Made by a program: the position numbers and the translations under genes
The notes under the pieces: model-generated
What the model saw: only the letters and a program-made list of their open reading frames with translations
Databases searched by the model: none
What the model was told of the DNA's origin: nothing
Source: a bacterium
GTDB taxonomy: Bacteria; Zixibacteria; MSB-5A5; GN15; FEB-12
Direction: 5' to 3'
DNA length: 64,000 bases
Assembly (NCBI GenBank): GCA_043811375.1
Contig: JBDRNJ010000027.1
Coordinates: 1 to 64,000 of the forward strand
Shown here: positions 9,430 to 19,286 of the stretch, one piece after another
How positions within the stretch are numbered: position 1 is the stretch's first letter
Layout: each line of letters opens with the position of its first letter

Positions 9430-10812
9430 TTACTCTTCGACTCTCAGAAAGCATCCGGTGAGTGTGACTCCCTCCTTGACAAGTGATCGTGCGAGTGATA
9501 AGAGGTCGTAGGTATCGTTTTCATAGCCGGCGTCAAGGATGGTATTGCCGCGCAGGTGTCGGATTACGAACATGGTCGAGAGCATGTTGCGTAGGTCGGT
9601 GTCAGCCAGAATGGGGAAATTGCGGTGGGTGTGTCCGTAGCCTGTGTCTACCTTTATGAAGCGATTACACTTGAAATGCTGGGTCATCTCTGCTTCGTGC
9701 TTCTCGTACTGGGTCGTCGCAAGCTTGGCCAGTTTCTCGAGGAGTTTGTCTTTGGTGCCGGTCATACTGACGTTGTGGTTGCGGAGCACTGTCTTTATCC
9801 GGTCGCCCGTGTCTCTGGAATTGAGGTAGCCGCCGATGGCGTAGCTTTCGATTCTAGCTTTGTAGACGGTTGCGCTTGAAGCACCTGGTTCTTGTTTATG
9901 TGTGTAGTTGACCCCGGGGAAGCCGATGCAAAACAGGCCGGTTTGGAGCATCCGGCATAGCTTTGTCATGTTCGTGGTGAAGCAATACCTCCCTTGGTTT
10001 ATCCGCCACTTGTCCGCTAATGACTGGGCGGCGTAACGTACCGCCGGGTCGTGGTTTAGGTTGGGAATCAGTCTTATTTGACAGCCCTTCCTTCTGCCGT
10101 TGTAGGATAACTGCTGGTGTCCGTAGTCAGGCGTTCGTTCATTCGCCAACAGCACGAAGTCGTTAATACTGTCTGCCAACTTGAGCAACCCCCTGTCGTC
10201 GGTGACTCTGTCAAGGAACGCAGTGGTTCTGAAGTTCGTGACAGGTAAAGCCTGTCTGATGACGAGTTCGTCTTCGCTGTCGAAGTCCCTCGGGCTGAGA
10301 ACGTCGGCCAGGTCGTGGTGGTCCAGGTCGTCGTAGCTTGACAGCTTTACACTCTGTCGCTTTGACTTGATGAATGTCCTCAGATCATTGAAGTTCACGT
10401 ATACTTGCAGGGCCAGCTCCTTTGCGAGAGTGTGGTTCCATTTACGGCGCAGTTGTTGCCTGGCCAGCTTCAGTAGTCTTTGATAGGTGGTAGTCTCGAC
10501 AAAGCGAAGTATTTGGCTGACCCGCCGCAGGAACTCAGTGAACTGGTCATATTCTGTGTAGCAGTAGTCGCGGTGACAGGAGCCTATGTCATGACAGTGC
10601 TTAAGTTCAGCGAGTTGTTTGATCTTGAATTGGTCAGAGTTGAGCAGTTGGACGAACCTTTCGGTCAGGGTGCGGTTGGCGCGGTTGTCGCTGTGCGGGT
10701 GTATGCCCTTCTCAATGACATCTTGCACGTCCACGTCAACGATTTCCCCGGCCAGTTGCTTGAATTCCGGGATGTCCCTGTCATCCTTGAACCATAGCCT
10801 GAACGTCTCCAT
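9430..10812 (-). CDS. Hypothetical protein with SAP-like DNA-binding motif
   Basis: 460 aa, coupled to the MoxR gene. IKTVLRNHNVSMTGTKDKLLEKL resembles a SAP motif. Confidence 0.7.
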   Translation of the reverse strand: METFRLWFKDDRDIPEFKQLAGEIVDVDVQDVIEKGIHPHSDNRANRTLTERFVQLLNSDQFKIKQLAELKHCHDIGSCHRDYCYTEYDQFTEFLRRVSQILRFVETTTYQRLLKLARQQLRRKWNHTLAKELALQVYVNFNDLRTFIKSKRQSVKLSSYDDLDHHDLADVLSPRDFDSEDELVIRQALPVTNFRTTAFLDRVTDDRGLLKLADSINDFVLLANERTPDYGHQQLSYNGRRKGCQIRLIPNLNHDPAVRYAAQSLADKWRINQGRYCFTTNMTKLCRMLQTGLFCIGFPGVNYTHKQEPGASSATVYKARIESYAIGGYLNSRDTGDRIKTVLRNHNVSMTGTKDKLLEKLAKLATTQYEKHEAEMTQHFKCNRFIKVDTGYGHTHRNFPILADTDLRNMLSTMFVIRHLRGNTILDAGYENDTYDLLSLARSLVKEGVTLTGCFLRVEE

Positions 10813-10813
10813 C

Positions 10814-12298
10814 TTAGCTAACCTCCTCTTTCCCCTGTCTGGCTTGGTTGATCAGGTCGTGGAAGATCGCGATGTCGGCTTCTATGGCCGCCTCGGTCTT
10901 GGCAATGGTTGCGGGAGTGACGTTGCCTTTGTCTACCAGATGCCAGACTCGGTTGTAGGCGACCAGCCGTCCCAGGTCGGTCTCCTGGCTGAGCAGGTCT
11001 TCTACCTCTTCTATGTACTCTACTGATTCGTTCTGCAGGGCTGGTATCGACTCGGTGGTCAACTCGGCGGAGATGATCTTCTGCCCAAGCCCTTCCAACA
11101 GTTCCTGGGGAACAGTGCCGGGTCGGTGAGCTTCAACCTGCAAGGCGGTGTAGGCCAACAAGGTAATGTCGTTGTCCTCTTTCATCAGGTCGTTCCAGGC
11201 TTTACTGTTGACGAAGTCGCCCAGGTCTGCCTTGAGGAGAATGTTCGCTTTACGCATCAGGTTGTCAGTGGTGAACAACTCGTAGATCAGATCGACCTTG
11301 GATACCTCAGAGTTTTCACCAAAGTATGCGGACAACAGGTCGAAACAGATTTCCATCTTGTGAACGGTTTCTTCCCGTTTGAGTGACTCATCGTTCAACC
11401 CGATCGGAATGGATGACTGTACAACGTACCGGGCTGACTCTGCGAATCCTGCTGGTAGCGTTTTGAGCAATTCTGCTTTGGCTAGTTGGATAGAGCGGTT
11501 GGCCAGGATGTTGCGGTAGATGAAGCCCAAGCGGCGACCGTCCAGGCTGACTTCTCCTTGGGTTTCCCTCATCAACAGGTCAGCGAACTTGGCTAAGAAT
11601 TCCGATAGCGTTGGCAGTTGGCTCCTGAGTCGGCTAAAATGCTTGGCTGCTGTTTTCAGGATACGGTTGAGAAGTTGGCCGACCTGGCCAGTGTCGCGTT
11701 CGGTTACCGTTTCCAGATTGGGGTCTTCGCTCCATACGGATATCGACGGTGCGTCGTCGCCGTTAATGTGCGTGGTTACCTTGATGCGGTCTTCTTCATT
11801 CATTTGGAGTACGTCCGGTGGATACAAGAAGGTTGCGAACCGTCCAATCAGGGCTTCATCCAGGGCCTGGGTGGCTGAATAGGACAGCGGATTCATGGCT
11901 GCCCACACCCACTTGACGTTGGTGTCAAAGCCCATAATCTTGCGGGAGCGGATGATCTCCAACCACTTGGACTGGAGTTCCGGCATGGCGCGATTGAGTT
12001 CGTCGATTAAGATTAGCTCCTTGTCCCACACCGTGACCTTGCTTGGGACGTACTCGACAACGCCCTGTTTCAGTTTTTCGATGTTAGGAAACCCCAATAC
12101 GTCTTCGAACATCGCTTTGGACGCATCGTAGACCAAAAAGGGGCGACTGAGCGCTCTCGCGATCGTGTTAGCCAGGTGGGTTTTGGCACAGCCGTGATTA
12201 CCGACCAGAAGCAACGGATCTCCGGTCAACAATGAAGCCAGAACGAGGTCTTCATCCTCTTGCTTCCATCCGAAGATTCCGAGTTTTTCGAGTAACAT
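10814..12298 (-). CDS. MoxR-family AAA+ ATPase with C-terminal helical extension
   Basis: GNHGCAKT Walker A, ILIDELNR Walker B, AAMNP, LDEALIGRF. Confidence 0.92.
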   Translation of the reverse strand: MLLEKLGIFGWKQEDEDLVLASLLTGDPLLLVGNHGCAKTHLANTIARALSRPFLVYDASKAMFEDVLGFPNIEKLKQGVVEYVPSKVTVWDKELILIDELNRAMPELQSKWLEIIRSRKIMGFDTNVKWVWAAMNPLSYSATQALDEALIGRFATFLYPPDVLQMNEEDRIKVTTHINGDDAPSISVWSEDPNLETVTERDTGQVGQLLNRILKTAAKHFSRLRSQLPTLSEFLAKFADLLMRETQGEVSLDGRRLGFIYRNILANRSIQLAKAELLKTLPAGFAESARYVVQSSIPIGLNDESLKREETVHKMEICFDLLSAYFGENSEVSKVDLIYELFTTDNLMRKANILLKADLGDFVNSKAWNDLMKEDNDITLLAYTALQVEAHRPGTVPQELLEGLGQKIISAELTTESIPALQNESVEYIEEVEDLLSQETDLGRLVAYNRVWHLVDKGNVTPATIAKTEAAIEADIAIFHDLINQARQGKEEVS

Positions 12299-12413
12299 CG
12301 TTGTTATCTCCTTCTATCTTTTTGTTTTGTTATGGGGCAAATGAATAGAGGGAGCCGCCAGGGCAGCTCCCTCGTGGTTGAGGTGAATTGATTGGCTGAG
12401 AAGGTTCCTGATT

Positions 12414-13700
12414 TTACTGGCAGACGTCTTCCAGCCGGACGACGTCGCCAAACTCTTCAAAATCAGAACAGCGGTGGGCTTTGTCGAACAGAATCGCCAG
12501 CGTGACCGTTTTCTGTTCGTGGAGTCTGGCCTTGTTGGATTCTAACATTGATGCGTAGCCGTCAGTTATGATGACCGCCTTGTCAAATTGGTGGTCGATG
12601 ATCGATTCCGCGACACAGTCGAAGTCAGTACCGTACGTGGTGGTGATCTTTCCCTTCAGCAACTGTTGGAATGGGACTTCGACGACTTTGTTGCTGAACA
12701 GGAAGACGCTGGTGATTTCGCGCTTGAGGTGGCTGAGGATGCCCAGGATTTTAGGCAGGTACTGCTCGACTGATCCTGAAACGTCCAGGTAGGCAGCTAG
12801 GCCCTTGTCTTTTTTCGCGGGAGTGGTGATCTGGTTGTGGAAAAAGCTGGGATAAAACCCGGTGGCCAGGAGTACCAGGTCGCGCTTTGATGGATACAAG
12901 GGAACAGGCGAGGCGCAGACCCGGCGCCGTTTGAATAACTCCGTGAATCTGTCCAGCTTCCGGTTGGTGGTGAATCTTTGCAGAATGGCCCGTTTGATAG
13001 CCAGGTGCGTGCGCAGGGCCTCCATAAGCATGCTGACGAGATTGGCATGGTAGCCGGCCATCTGGCCCCCTCGGTCGGCGGCGGAGCGCTTGATGTCGTC
13101 GGCGATCTTTTGCAGGGTCTCGCTTGGCCACCTCTCATGTGACGCGCTTCCAGTTCCATGCGATCCCAAAAACAGGACGCACGTGGCCGCGTTTGCTTCC
13201 AGAAGAATCTTCAACGTGGTGATAAGTTCGCCGGTTGTTATGCCGGGCCTGGTGGCGCCATTGCCATAGAGCTCATGGTAGGCATCTTCGAAGCGGGTGC
13301 TGTACAGTACGCTCAGAGGACGGAGAAGCCCCTCAACTCCTCTCTGTGAATAGAGCTTCTTAAACAAGTGGCCATGGCCGGATTCCTCGCGGTAGAGGTT
13401 GCTCACGACGGCGTTGATGACAGCGTCGGTAGCGAGACTCTCCAGCGGGCCGTTGTCGTAGATGAAGTGGTTGAACATCGGATGCAAGAGCTCGTGGAAC
13501 ACGAGGCAGAACAGGTCCTCCTTGCAGGTAATATTCCTGGCTACGAATTGTCGGTTGTAGCCGAGCCGGCCATCCTTGGTGATGCCGGCTGTCACCATGG
13601 TGTGATCCTCCTCCACCGAGCTGATAAAGCCGGCCGTGAAGGAGTTAAATCCCAATGCATCTCTTAGTGTTTGACGCACTATTTCCAGTGTGATCTTCAT
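12414..13700 (-). CDS. Metallopeptidase-vWA protein (DUF2201-like)
   Basis: N-terminal HELLH zincin; C-terminal MIDAS YLDVSGS...GTDF...IITDG. RBS GGAGGTG before the ATG at 13700. Confidence 0.88.
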   Translation of the reverse strand: MKITLEIVRQTLRDALGFNSFTAGFISSVEEDHTMVTAGITKDGRLGYNRQFVARNITCKEDLFCLVFHELLHPMFNHFIYDNGPLESLATDAVINAVVSNLYREESGHGHLFKKLYSQRGVEGLLRPLSVLYSTRFEDAYHELYGNGATRPGITTGELITTLKILLEANAATCVLFLGSHGTGSASHERWPSETLQKIADDIKRSAADRGGQMAGYHANLVSMLMEALRTHLAIKRAILQRFTTNRKLDRFTELFKRRRVCASPVPLYPSKRDLVLLATGFYPSFFHNQITTPAKKDKGLAAYLDVSGSVEQYLPKILGILSHLKREITSVFLFSNKVVEVPFQQLLKGKITTTYGTDFDCVAESIIDHQFDKAVIITDGYASMLESNKARLHEQKTVTLAILFDKAHRCSDFEEFGDVVRLEDVCQ

Positions 13701-14451
13701 GGATACACCTCCTTCAGTTAATGAGTGATAAAGAGAAATGCCCGATGGTGCATCGAGGCCTGCCATCGGGCGTTTAAGGTTGCTGTTTATTCAATTCAAA
13801 GAATAATGGCGGGGATAAAACGGTGCTTAGGATGACTAGATTCAGGAATGGAACCGGCTCAAGAAACCGTGGCAGTCTCAGAAATAATCCTTGATATTAT
13901 GAGGGGTATATTATAGGTTTAGATTGTTGATTTAGCTCCTTAGGTGAACAGGCCATCTATCAAAAGGTTCTTTTCTGCAATTCGTCGGAACACCTTGTCT
14001 AGTGTTCCCGTGTTTCTTGCCGGAGGGGTCAGAATGATCGCTGAGAGAAATGATTGAGCTTGGTGTCAAATGGAGGTGAGGGCTTGTCATGCTAGCGGCC
14101 TGACGTCTGACTGATTTCGCTACCGGGCGCTTTCGACTTTGGGAGCACAATGAATTGTAGATTGGATGATGGTAAGAATGCGGACATTGGCACTATTTCT
14201 CGTCATCCCGTCGCCCACTTCCCTCGATGTCGGGCTCCGTGAACGAAAGAAAACCCAGAGCCTTTCTGATTTCCTAACTGTGGGTGCGTGGATTCAACCG
14301 ACAGGTTTCGAGCGTCCTTGGCAAGTGCCAGTTTGTTGGTATCGAATACTCTCTTCGTCTGGGCAATTTCGTGTTTCGGCTATGGGTGGAGTGCGGTGGT
14401 TGCGCTGGCCTTAGGCGTAATCCCAACAATCAATTAGGTAGGAGGTAATTC

Positions 14452-15702
14452 ATGTATTTTTACACTATCATCACGCTCGTTCTCGTAGCGCTTTTTTGCG
14501 CGCTGGCTGCAGTACCATCCAGAGCCCAGAACCTCGCCGAGCTCCACCTAAGAACTGTTGACGCCTACATTGTAGAAGGAGCGATTAGAGTTAAAACGTC
14601 GTTTAACATAACCGGGCCTAGCTCTATTCCGCGCGAACTTCGGGCTCCCGAGGGCGAGAGCCTTGTTGGAGTAAGAATGAAGGGCTCAATCCTTGAGACT
14701 CTCGAGGTGAGCATCTATGTGGATTGCTTCGTGGCTGAGTTCAAACCACAACGAGGCGCATTACTCGAAACCAGGCGATCCGATGGCCAAAGGTGTTATT
14801 CACCTGGCGAAATTCTACCAGACTGGATCGTCCAATTGCCTGATAAAGGTTTAAGGAAGATGATTCGTGGCACCTTGAAAAGGGAAGAGGAGGTGTATGT
14901 CGAGGCGGTCTTCCGCATCCCCGATGGTGTCACGGAGGTTACGATCCGGCTCGACGATTCACCTAGTGACCAGACGATCGGTAAAGTAACGATCCCTGTC
15001 GTGGGGACGGCACAAGCGGATTGCATAGTAACTATAGTAATGGTAACTACCGTACAAGAGCATCTGGCCGCACTTGGCTTGGATCCTGGACCTATTGACG
15101 GAATCTGGGGGCCCAAGACAGGGAACGCTGTCCGCGCCTTCCAGCGCGAGAACGCTCTTCCCGTGACAGGGAAGATTGATGATAGGACCAAGACCTTGCT
15201 GCTCAGTAGCTTTTCGCAGGCCGAAGAACAAGTAGCACAGGATACTGGGCAGGATAAGAACGTTTCCGACAGCACAACCCAGGTAATCAACGATTGTGCC
15301 ACGATAAAGCTGCTCATTCTTGATGTTAGCCAAAATCTTGTTGGCATTGGAGATGACGACAGAAAGAGACTCGATTGTTCAAGAGAAAACATGATTGCAA
15401 TTGCGACGAGCATTGCCTCTAAATATGGAATCGATTCAGGCAGACTGAAGGGTCCAGTGGATATCCATGAGATGGGAGGTGGAATTGATTCTGCTGGCTG
15501 CACTATATATGTGAGGCTGCCCGATAGTTGGTCAGATGTGATTACAGTAGGAGAGCTTGGAGGATTGCCTGTGGTGAAATTCAGATCTGGCATAATCCGC
15601 CTGGACTTGAATCCATTGGCCATTTCTTATGGTGATGGAGCAGAGTGCCTGATCAACGGGAACGAATATGTACACCATATGGGCAGTTGGCTTGAAAAGT
15701 GA
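14452..15702 (+). CDS. Secreted protein with peptidoglycan-binding domain
   Basis: Signal peptide; VQEHLAALGLDPGPIDGIWGPKTGNAVRAFQRENALPVTGKID is a PG_binding_1 motif. RBS AGGAGG. Confidence 0.85.
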   Translation: MYFYTIITLVLVALFCALAAVPSRAQNLAELHLRTVDAYIVEGAIRVKTSFNITGPSSIPRELRAPEGESLVGVRMKGSILETLEVSIYVDCFVAEFKPQRGALLETRRSDGQRCYSPGEILPDWIVQLPDKGLRKMIRGTLKREEEVYVEAVFRIPDGVTEVTIRLDDSPSDQTIGKVTIPVVGTAQADCIVTIVMVTTVQEHLAALGLDPGPIDGIWGPKTGNAVRAFQRENALPVTGKIDDRTKTLLLSSFSQAEEQVAQDTGQDKNVSDSTTQVINDCATIKLLILDVSQNLVGIGDDDRKRLDCSRENMIAIATSIASKYGIDSGRLKGPVDIHEMGGGIDSAGCTIYVRLPDSWSDVITVGELGGLPVVKFRSGIIRLDLNPLAISYGDGAECLINGNEYVHHMGSWLEK

Positions 15703-15933
15703 GGTCTCAGTGCGCAGATACCATCTTTCATGTCAAGGTTTTGATATCCGGATTAGAGCGTTTTTGTGTGATTAGAATGGCTCTGGCTATTAAAAGCAGT
15801 TTCTTCATAGCTGCGACAACTTAGCATGGGCTTCTTGTCAGTGACTCCATGATTCTGCATCTGCCGAATTTCTCACGACATCGTGTGAATGAAAAAAGCA
15901 GCTTGACAAGGGCTATTTGGGAACTAGCTTAAA

Positions 15934-16917
15934 TTGTGCTGGAATAACCTAGGGCAGACCACAAGTGACGGTCTTGGACCGTGGTTTTGTGCCGCGATGG
16001 AGACAGAAATGGATTGGGTAGTAGTCTGCCGCGAATGCGGTAAAGGGACCAATGTTTCCGACTTACATTCAGAAGTGACAGCTTGCGAGCATTGTGGGTC
16101 CAAAAACATAAAGAAAATGATGCCGGGGCAAATACGGCAAGAAAGCTTCGTCTGCTCGGAGTGCGGAGTCGAATCCGCTGGCATCGAGATGACTGGTGAT
16201 CTGTATCGACACGAGGGGATCTTCCTCTACGCCAATGACCTTTCTGGTCTCACGTGCACTCTGTGTTCACGACCGCTGTGCGCGCGGTGCACCTCGGACA
16301 TTCCGCTCAGTACCTTCGAAGAATCAAGGCGACAGGAGAAACTCGAGCATAGCAAGATGTCGAAATGGGACAGGCCGCTATTTCTACCTGATCCGAAAAT
16401 CCTTCATTTCAAATACCGACATCAGTGCAATCGATGTGGCCCTGACCTAGAAGGCGGAAACATAGGTTCTGTCTTTCTGAAGGAAGACACTAATCCTCGA
16501 CGAGTCATCGGTCGACCGTCCTCTACTTGGGAGATTGTCACTGATGTAATGTATGGTTTTGGTAGGGGGTTGATAGCCGGGATGCTTGGGGTGGTCGTAT
16601 TCGTTGGGATACCCTCCCTCCTAAGACTTGTCACGAGCCGATCGCGTTACGCAGCTGGGCAGGAACTCCACGACCTAGCAAACAGCTATGTTGACGTAGT
16701 CTTGCCGCAGTGGCACATTGTTTTTGCAGTTTTTTTCGTTATTGGCCTCCTTACTGGTATTCCATACTTCATAAATAGGATCAGAAAAGGAATCCATAGC
16801 TGCTGGAGCTGCGGATGTTTAGAATGCCAAAAACTGGTTCCGACCGGAACACTTGCATCGCTCTTGGACAAAGAGGTCGAACTACCAGGATCTAAGAGTA
16901 GTGCAAATATCTGTTAA
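15934..16917 (+). CDS. Multi-zinc-ribbon membrane protein
   Basis: At least seven CxxC pairs and two C-terminal hydrophobic helices. True start probably ~15997-16009. Confidence 0.7.
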   Translation: MCWNNLGQTTSDGLGPWFCAAMETEMDWVVVCRECGKGTNVSDLHSEVTACEHCGSKNIKKMMPGQIRQESFVCSECGVESAGIEMTGDLYRHEGIFLYANDLSGLTCTLCSRPLCARCTSDIPLSTFEESRRQEKLEHSKMSKWDRPLFLPDPKILHFKYRHQCNRCGPDLEGGNIGSVFLKEDTNPRRVIGRPSSTWEIVTDVMYGFGRGLIAGMLGVVVFVGIPSLLRLVTSRSRYAAGQELHDLANSYVDVVLPQWHIVFAVFFVIGLLTGIPYFINRIRKGIHSCWSCGCLECQKLVPTGTLASLLDKEVELPGSKSSANIC

Positions 16918-16982
16918 CAGTGTAGCCCGAGTATGATATTTTACCGGTATCAGCCATCGGGACAGGGAAAGTAGAGGCCAAT

Positions 16983-17813
16983 ATGAGTTACAGACTTATC
17001 CTCCCAAACGTCATAATGATTCTCTTCATCCTCGTTTCAGTATCGAGTACACAAGATTTGTCCGCGCAAGGCGACCTGCATAGTGCTGCTGATGCAGGTG
17101 ACCTTAAACAGGTTGAGAAGCTCATTATTGGAGGTGCCAACGTAAATGCAAGAGACACACTTGGTTGGACACCGCTTCAATCAGCCATATGGAGTGGGAA
17201 CTTTGACATAGCTGAGTATTTGGTGGGTAAAGGTGCCGATGTAAATGCCAGGAACAAGGAGGGAGTGACCGTACTAATGGTTGCTACATTCACACGTCCA
17301 CTTAGATATATCTATAAACATTTTTCGAGCGTGGCTACGCAGGATAATGCTCCTTATGAAGGCCAGTTTGAGATTGTGAAGTTCTTAGTTCAGAAGGGCG
17401 CAGACGTTAATGCGGAGAGCAAACAAGGAAAGACAGCGTTGTTTTATGGTGTAGACAAAGGGTTTTACGAAATAGTGGAGTATTTGGTTGGCAAGGGTGC
17501 TAAAGTAGACTCCAGAGATACAATTCCACAGGCCCCTTTACACTTGGCAGCATTCAATGGGGATGTTCGGATGGTGAAACTGTTGTTGACTAACGGGGCG
17601 AGGGTAGACCCCATATCTCTTGTTGAGGGGGGGGCCGAGGGGGCAACCCCGTTGATGTTTGCCGTATCATCTGGTTATGAGGAAGCTGTAAAAGTACTTA
17701 TCTCTAACGGTGCTAATGTTAACGCTAAACTTGCTAATGGTAAAAGCGTTTTAACTCTTGCCAAAAATCCAGACATGATTGATATCCTCAAACATGCCGG
17801 GGCAACTGAGTAA
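16983..17813 (+). CDS. Secreted ankyrin-repeat protein
   Basis: Signal peptide; repeated GADVNA...G.TPL ankyrin units. Confidence 0.95.
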   Translation: MSYRLILPNVIMILFILVSVSSTQDLSAQGDLHSAADAGDLKQVEKLIIGGANVNARDTLGWTPLQSAIWSGNFDIAEYLVGKGADVNARNKEGVTVLMVATFTRPLRYIYKHFSSVATQDNAPYEGQFEIVKFLVQKGADVNAESKQGKTALFYGVDKGFYEIVEYLVGKGAKVDSRDTIPQAPLHLAAFNGDVRMVKLLLTNGARVDPISLVEGGAEGATPLMFAVSSGYEEAVKVLISNGANVNAKLANGKSVLTLAKNPDMIDILKHAGATE

Positions 17814-18031
17814 TGAGTGAATGTAACAATAAAGACAACGGGTGTCAATTCGTCATCGGTGATAGCACCGTGCCATGCAGCCTCCTGACGACCACGTCCA
17901 TTGTCGAAGGTGGGATATTTCTTCGCGCGACGCCACCTCCTGAGAAAACCCTTTTGAGAAAGGTGATAGACCTCATACGGCCAGCGTCATCCCTTTCACC
18001 AAAGACACAAAAGACTCAGAAAGTCAGATAA
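17813..18031 (+). CDS. Small hypothetical protein or fragment
   Basis: TAATG overlap with the ankyrin stop; no recognisable domain. Confidence 0.3.
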   Translation: MSECNNKDNGCQFVIGDSTVPCSLLTTTSIVEGGIFLRATPPPEKTLLRKVIDLIRPASSLSPKTQKTQKVR

Positions 18032-18457
18032 AAAGTCGCAAGAAGTAGAAGAAAATCATGCTCACAGATTGAGAAGACGAGAGCTCACGCTGCCTTTGTC
18101 TAACCTCCTAAAACCTACAATCTCTTGTGATCCTACGTACTCTTGCAGGTTTTTCGGTCTCGCAGTTTGTGCAAACTCCTTTGAGTCTCTGAATCTGAAG
18201 TCTGTTTCAGATTCCGTCAACAGATGATGTGTGTACTTAATGAGTATGATATGTACTGAATGAGAAATGATGAAACCCCATTTTGGCAACAGTCTCAAAA
18301 ATAATTCTCCACGGGAATCACCATTCCTGCTTGCACCGTTCACACTTACCGATTTCGTTCTGCTTTTCTTCTCGTGCACTGATTCAGCAAGTTCTTCAGG
18401 ATATCAAGCCACCCGGGCTCAGAAGCCTCAGCAGTTTTGGATCGTTCCATATGATTA

Positions 18458-19222
18458 CTACCTTGTCCGACCAGTGTGGGAATGTGCAACATCGGACAAG
18501 CCCAGCATTACTTTTTGTGTCAGGAGTTTCTTGGCAAACCGGGCATCCCCTCCAGACTGTTCAGCTATCTCCTGAAGCTGTTTGGCGGTCGGCTTGGTCT
18601 TGTGATCAGATTTCTCCAGATCATGCTTTAAGAGCTGGATGATTTCTTTCGTCGTATAAGGATTGAAGTTGACGAAGATCGGACTCAGGCGGGACCAGAC
18701 TCTCGGCTCGATCCCGAGTTTCTGTGGTGTCTCATTGGAGATGGCTACAATCCAGAAGTTCCCCATCTCATGGAACTGGTACAACACTGCGTTGCGTTCT
18801 TTTGTGTCCAATCGGTCAATCCCGTCAATGATATAGATGCACTGCTTCTTGTCCATGTGCTTCTTTATGCGTTCGATCTTAAACCGCGTATCCTGAAGCT
18901 CTGCCCTAAGAATGGAAAACTGGTCAACAATGTCGTTTACGAGGGCATATAGGGAGTTTGAGTTCCAACAGTTGCTGCATGCGACAGAGGCCTGTCTGGT
19001 CTCAGCAAGCTCTGACGCGGCATACTGGGCGCAATGGGTTTTGCCGGCTCCCTGGGATCCCCAGATCCAGGTATGCAATGGTGTAGGATGTTTGCCTACA
19101 TGTGAAAGTATCCGTTGGAGTGCAGTAAGCTCCCTCTGGCGTCCGACTGGTCGCTGGGGTTTTGGAATAGGCTTTTGCCATGAGGGTTCTCTAAGCTGCT
19201 CTTCAAGCTGTCTGTAGGCCAT
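18458..19222 (-). CDS. Orc1/Cdc6-like AAA+ ATPase lacking the winged-helix domain
   Basis: PVGRQRELTAL, WIWGSQGAGKT, SNCW, IIDGID, LYQF, AISN, RVWSRL, FNPYT.KEI, GGDARFA: the Cdc6/Orc1 motif order. Confidence 0.85.
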   Translation of the reverse strand: MAYRQLEEQLREPSWQKPIPKPQRPVGRQRELTALQRILSHVGKHPTPLHTWIWGSQGAGKTHCAQYAASELAETRQASVACSNCWNSNSLYALVNDIVDQFSILRAELQDTRFKIERIKKHMDKKQCIYIIDGIDRLDTKERNAVLYQFHEMGNFWIVAISNETPQKLGIEPRVWSRLSPIFVNFNPYTTKEIIQLLKHDLEKSDHKTKPTAKQLQEIAEQSGGDARFAKKLLTQKVMLGLSDVAHSHTGRTR

Positions 19223-19286
19223 ATGGATGATTATCGAACTAAGCTTTATAAGCCTCTCGCGCGCATGGGAGTGCTGTATTGCGGTT

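Noticed and set aside
14796..15623. 275-aa antisense ORF (likewise 37456-38283, 47906-48691, 22992-23513)
   Set aside because: Shadow ORFs opposite better-supported genes; no motifs.
18062..18379. Possible separated winged-helix of the Cdc6-like protein
   Set aside because: No recognisable wH pattern and several stops in between; left unannotated.
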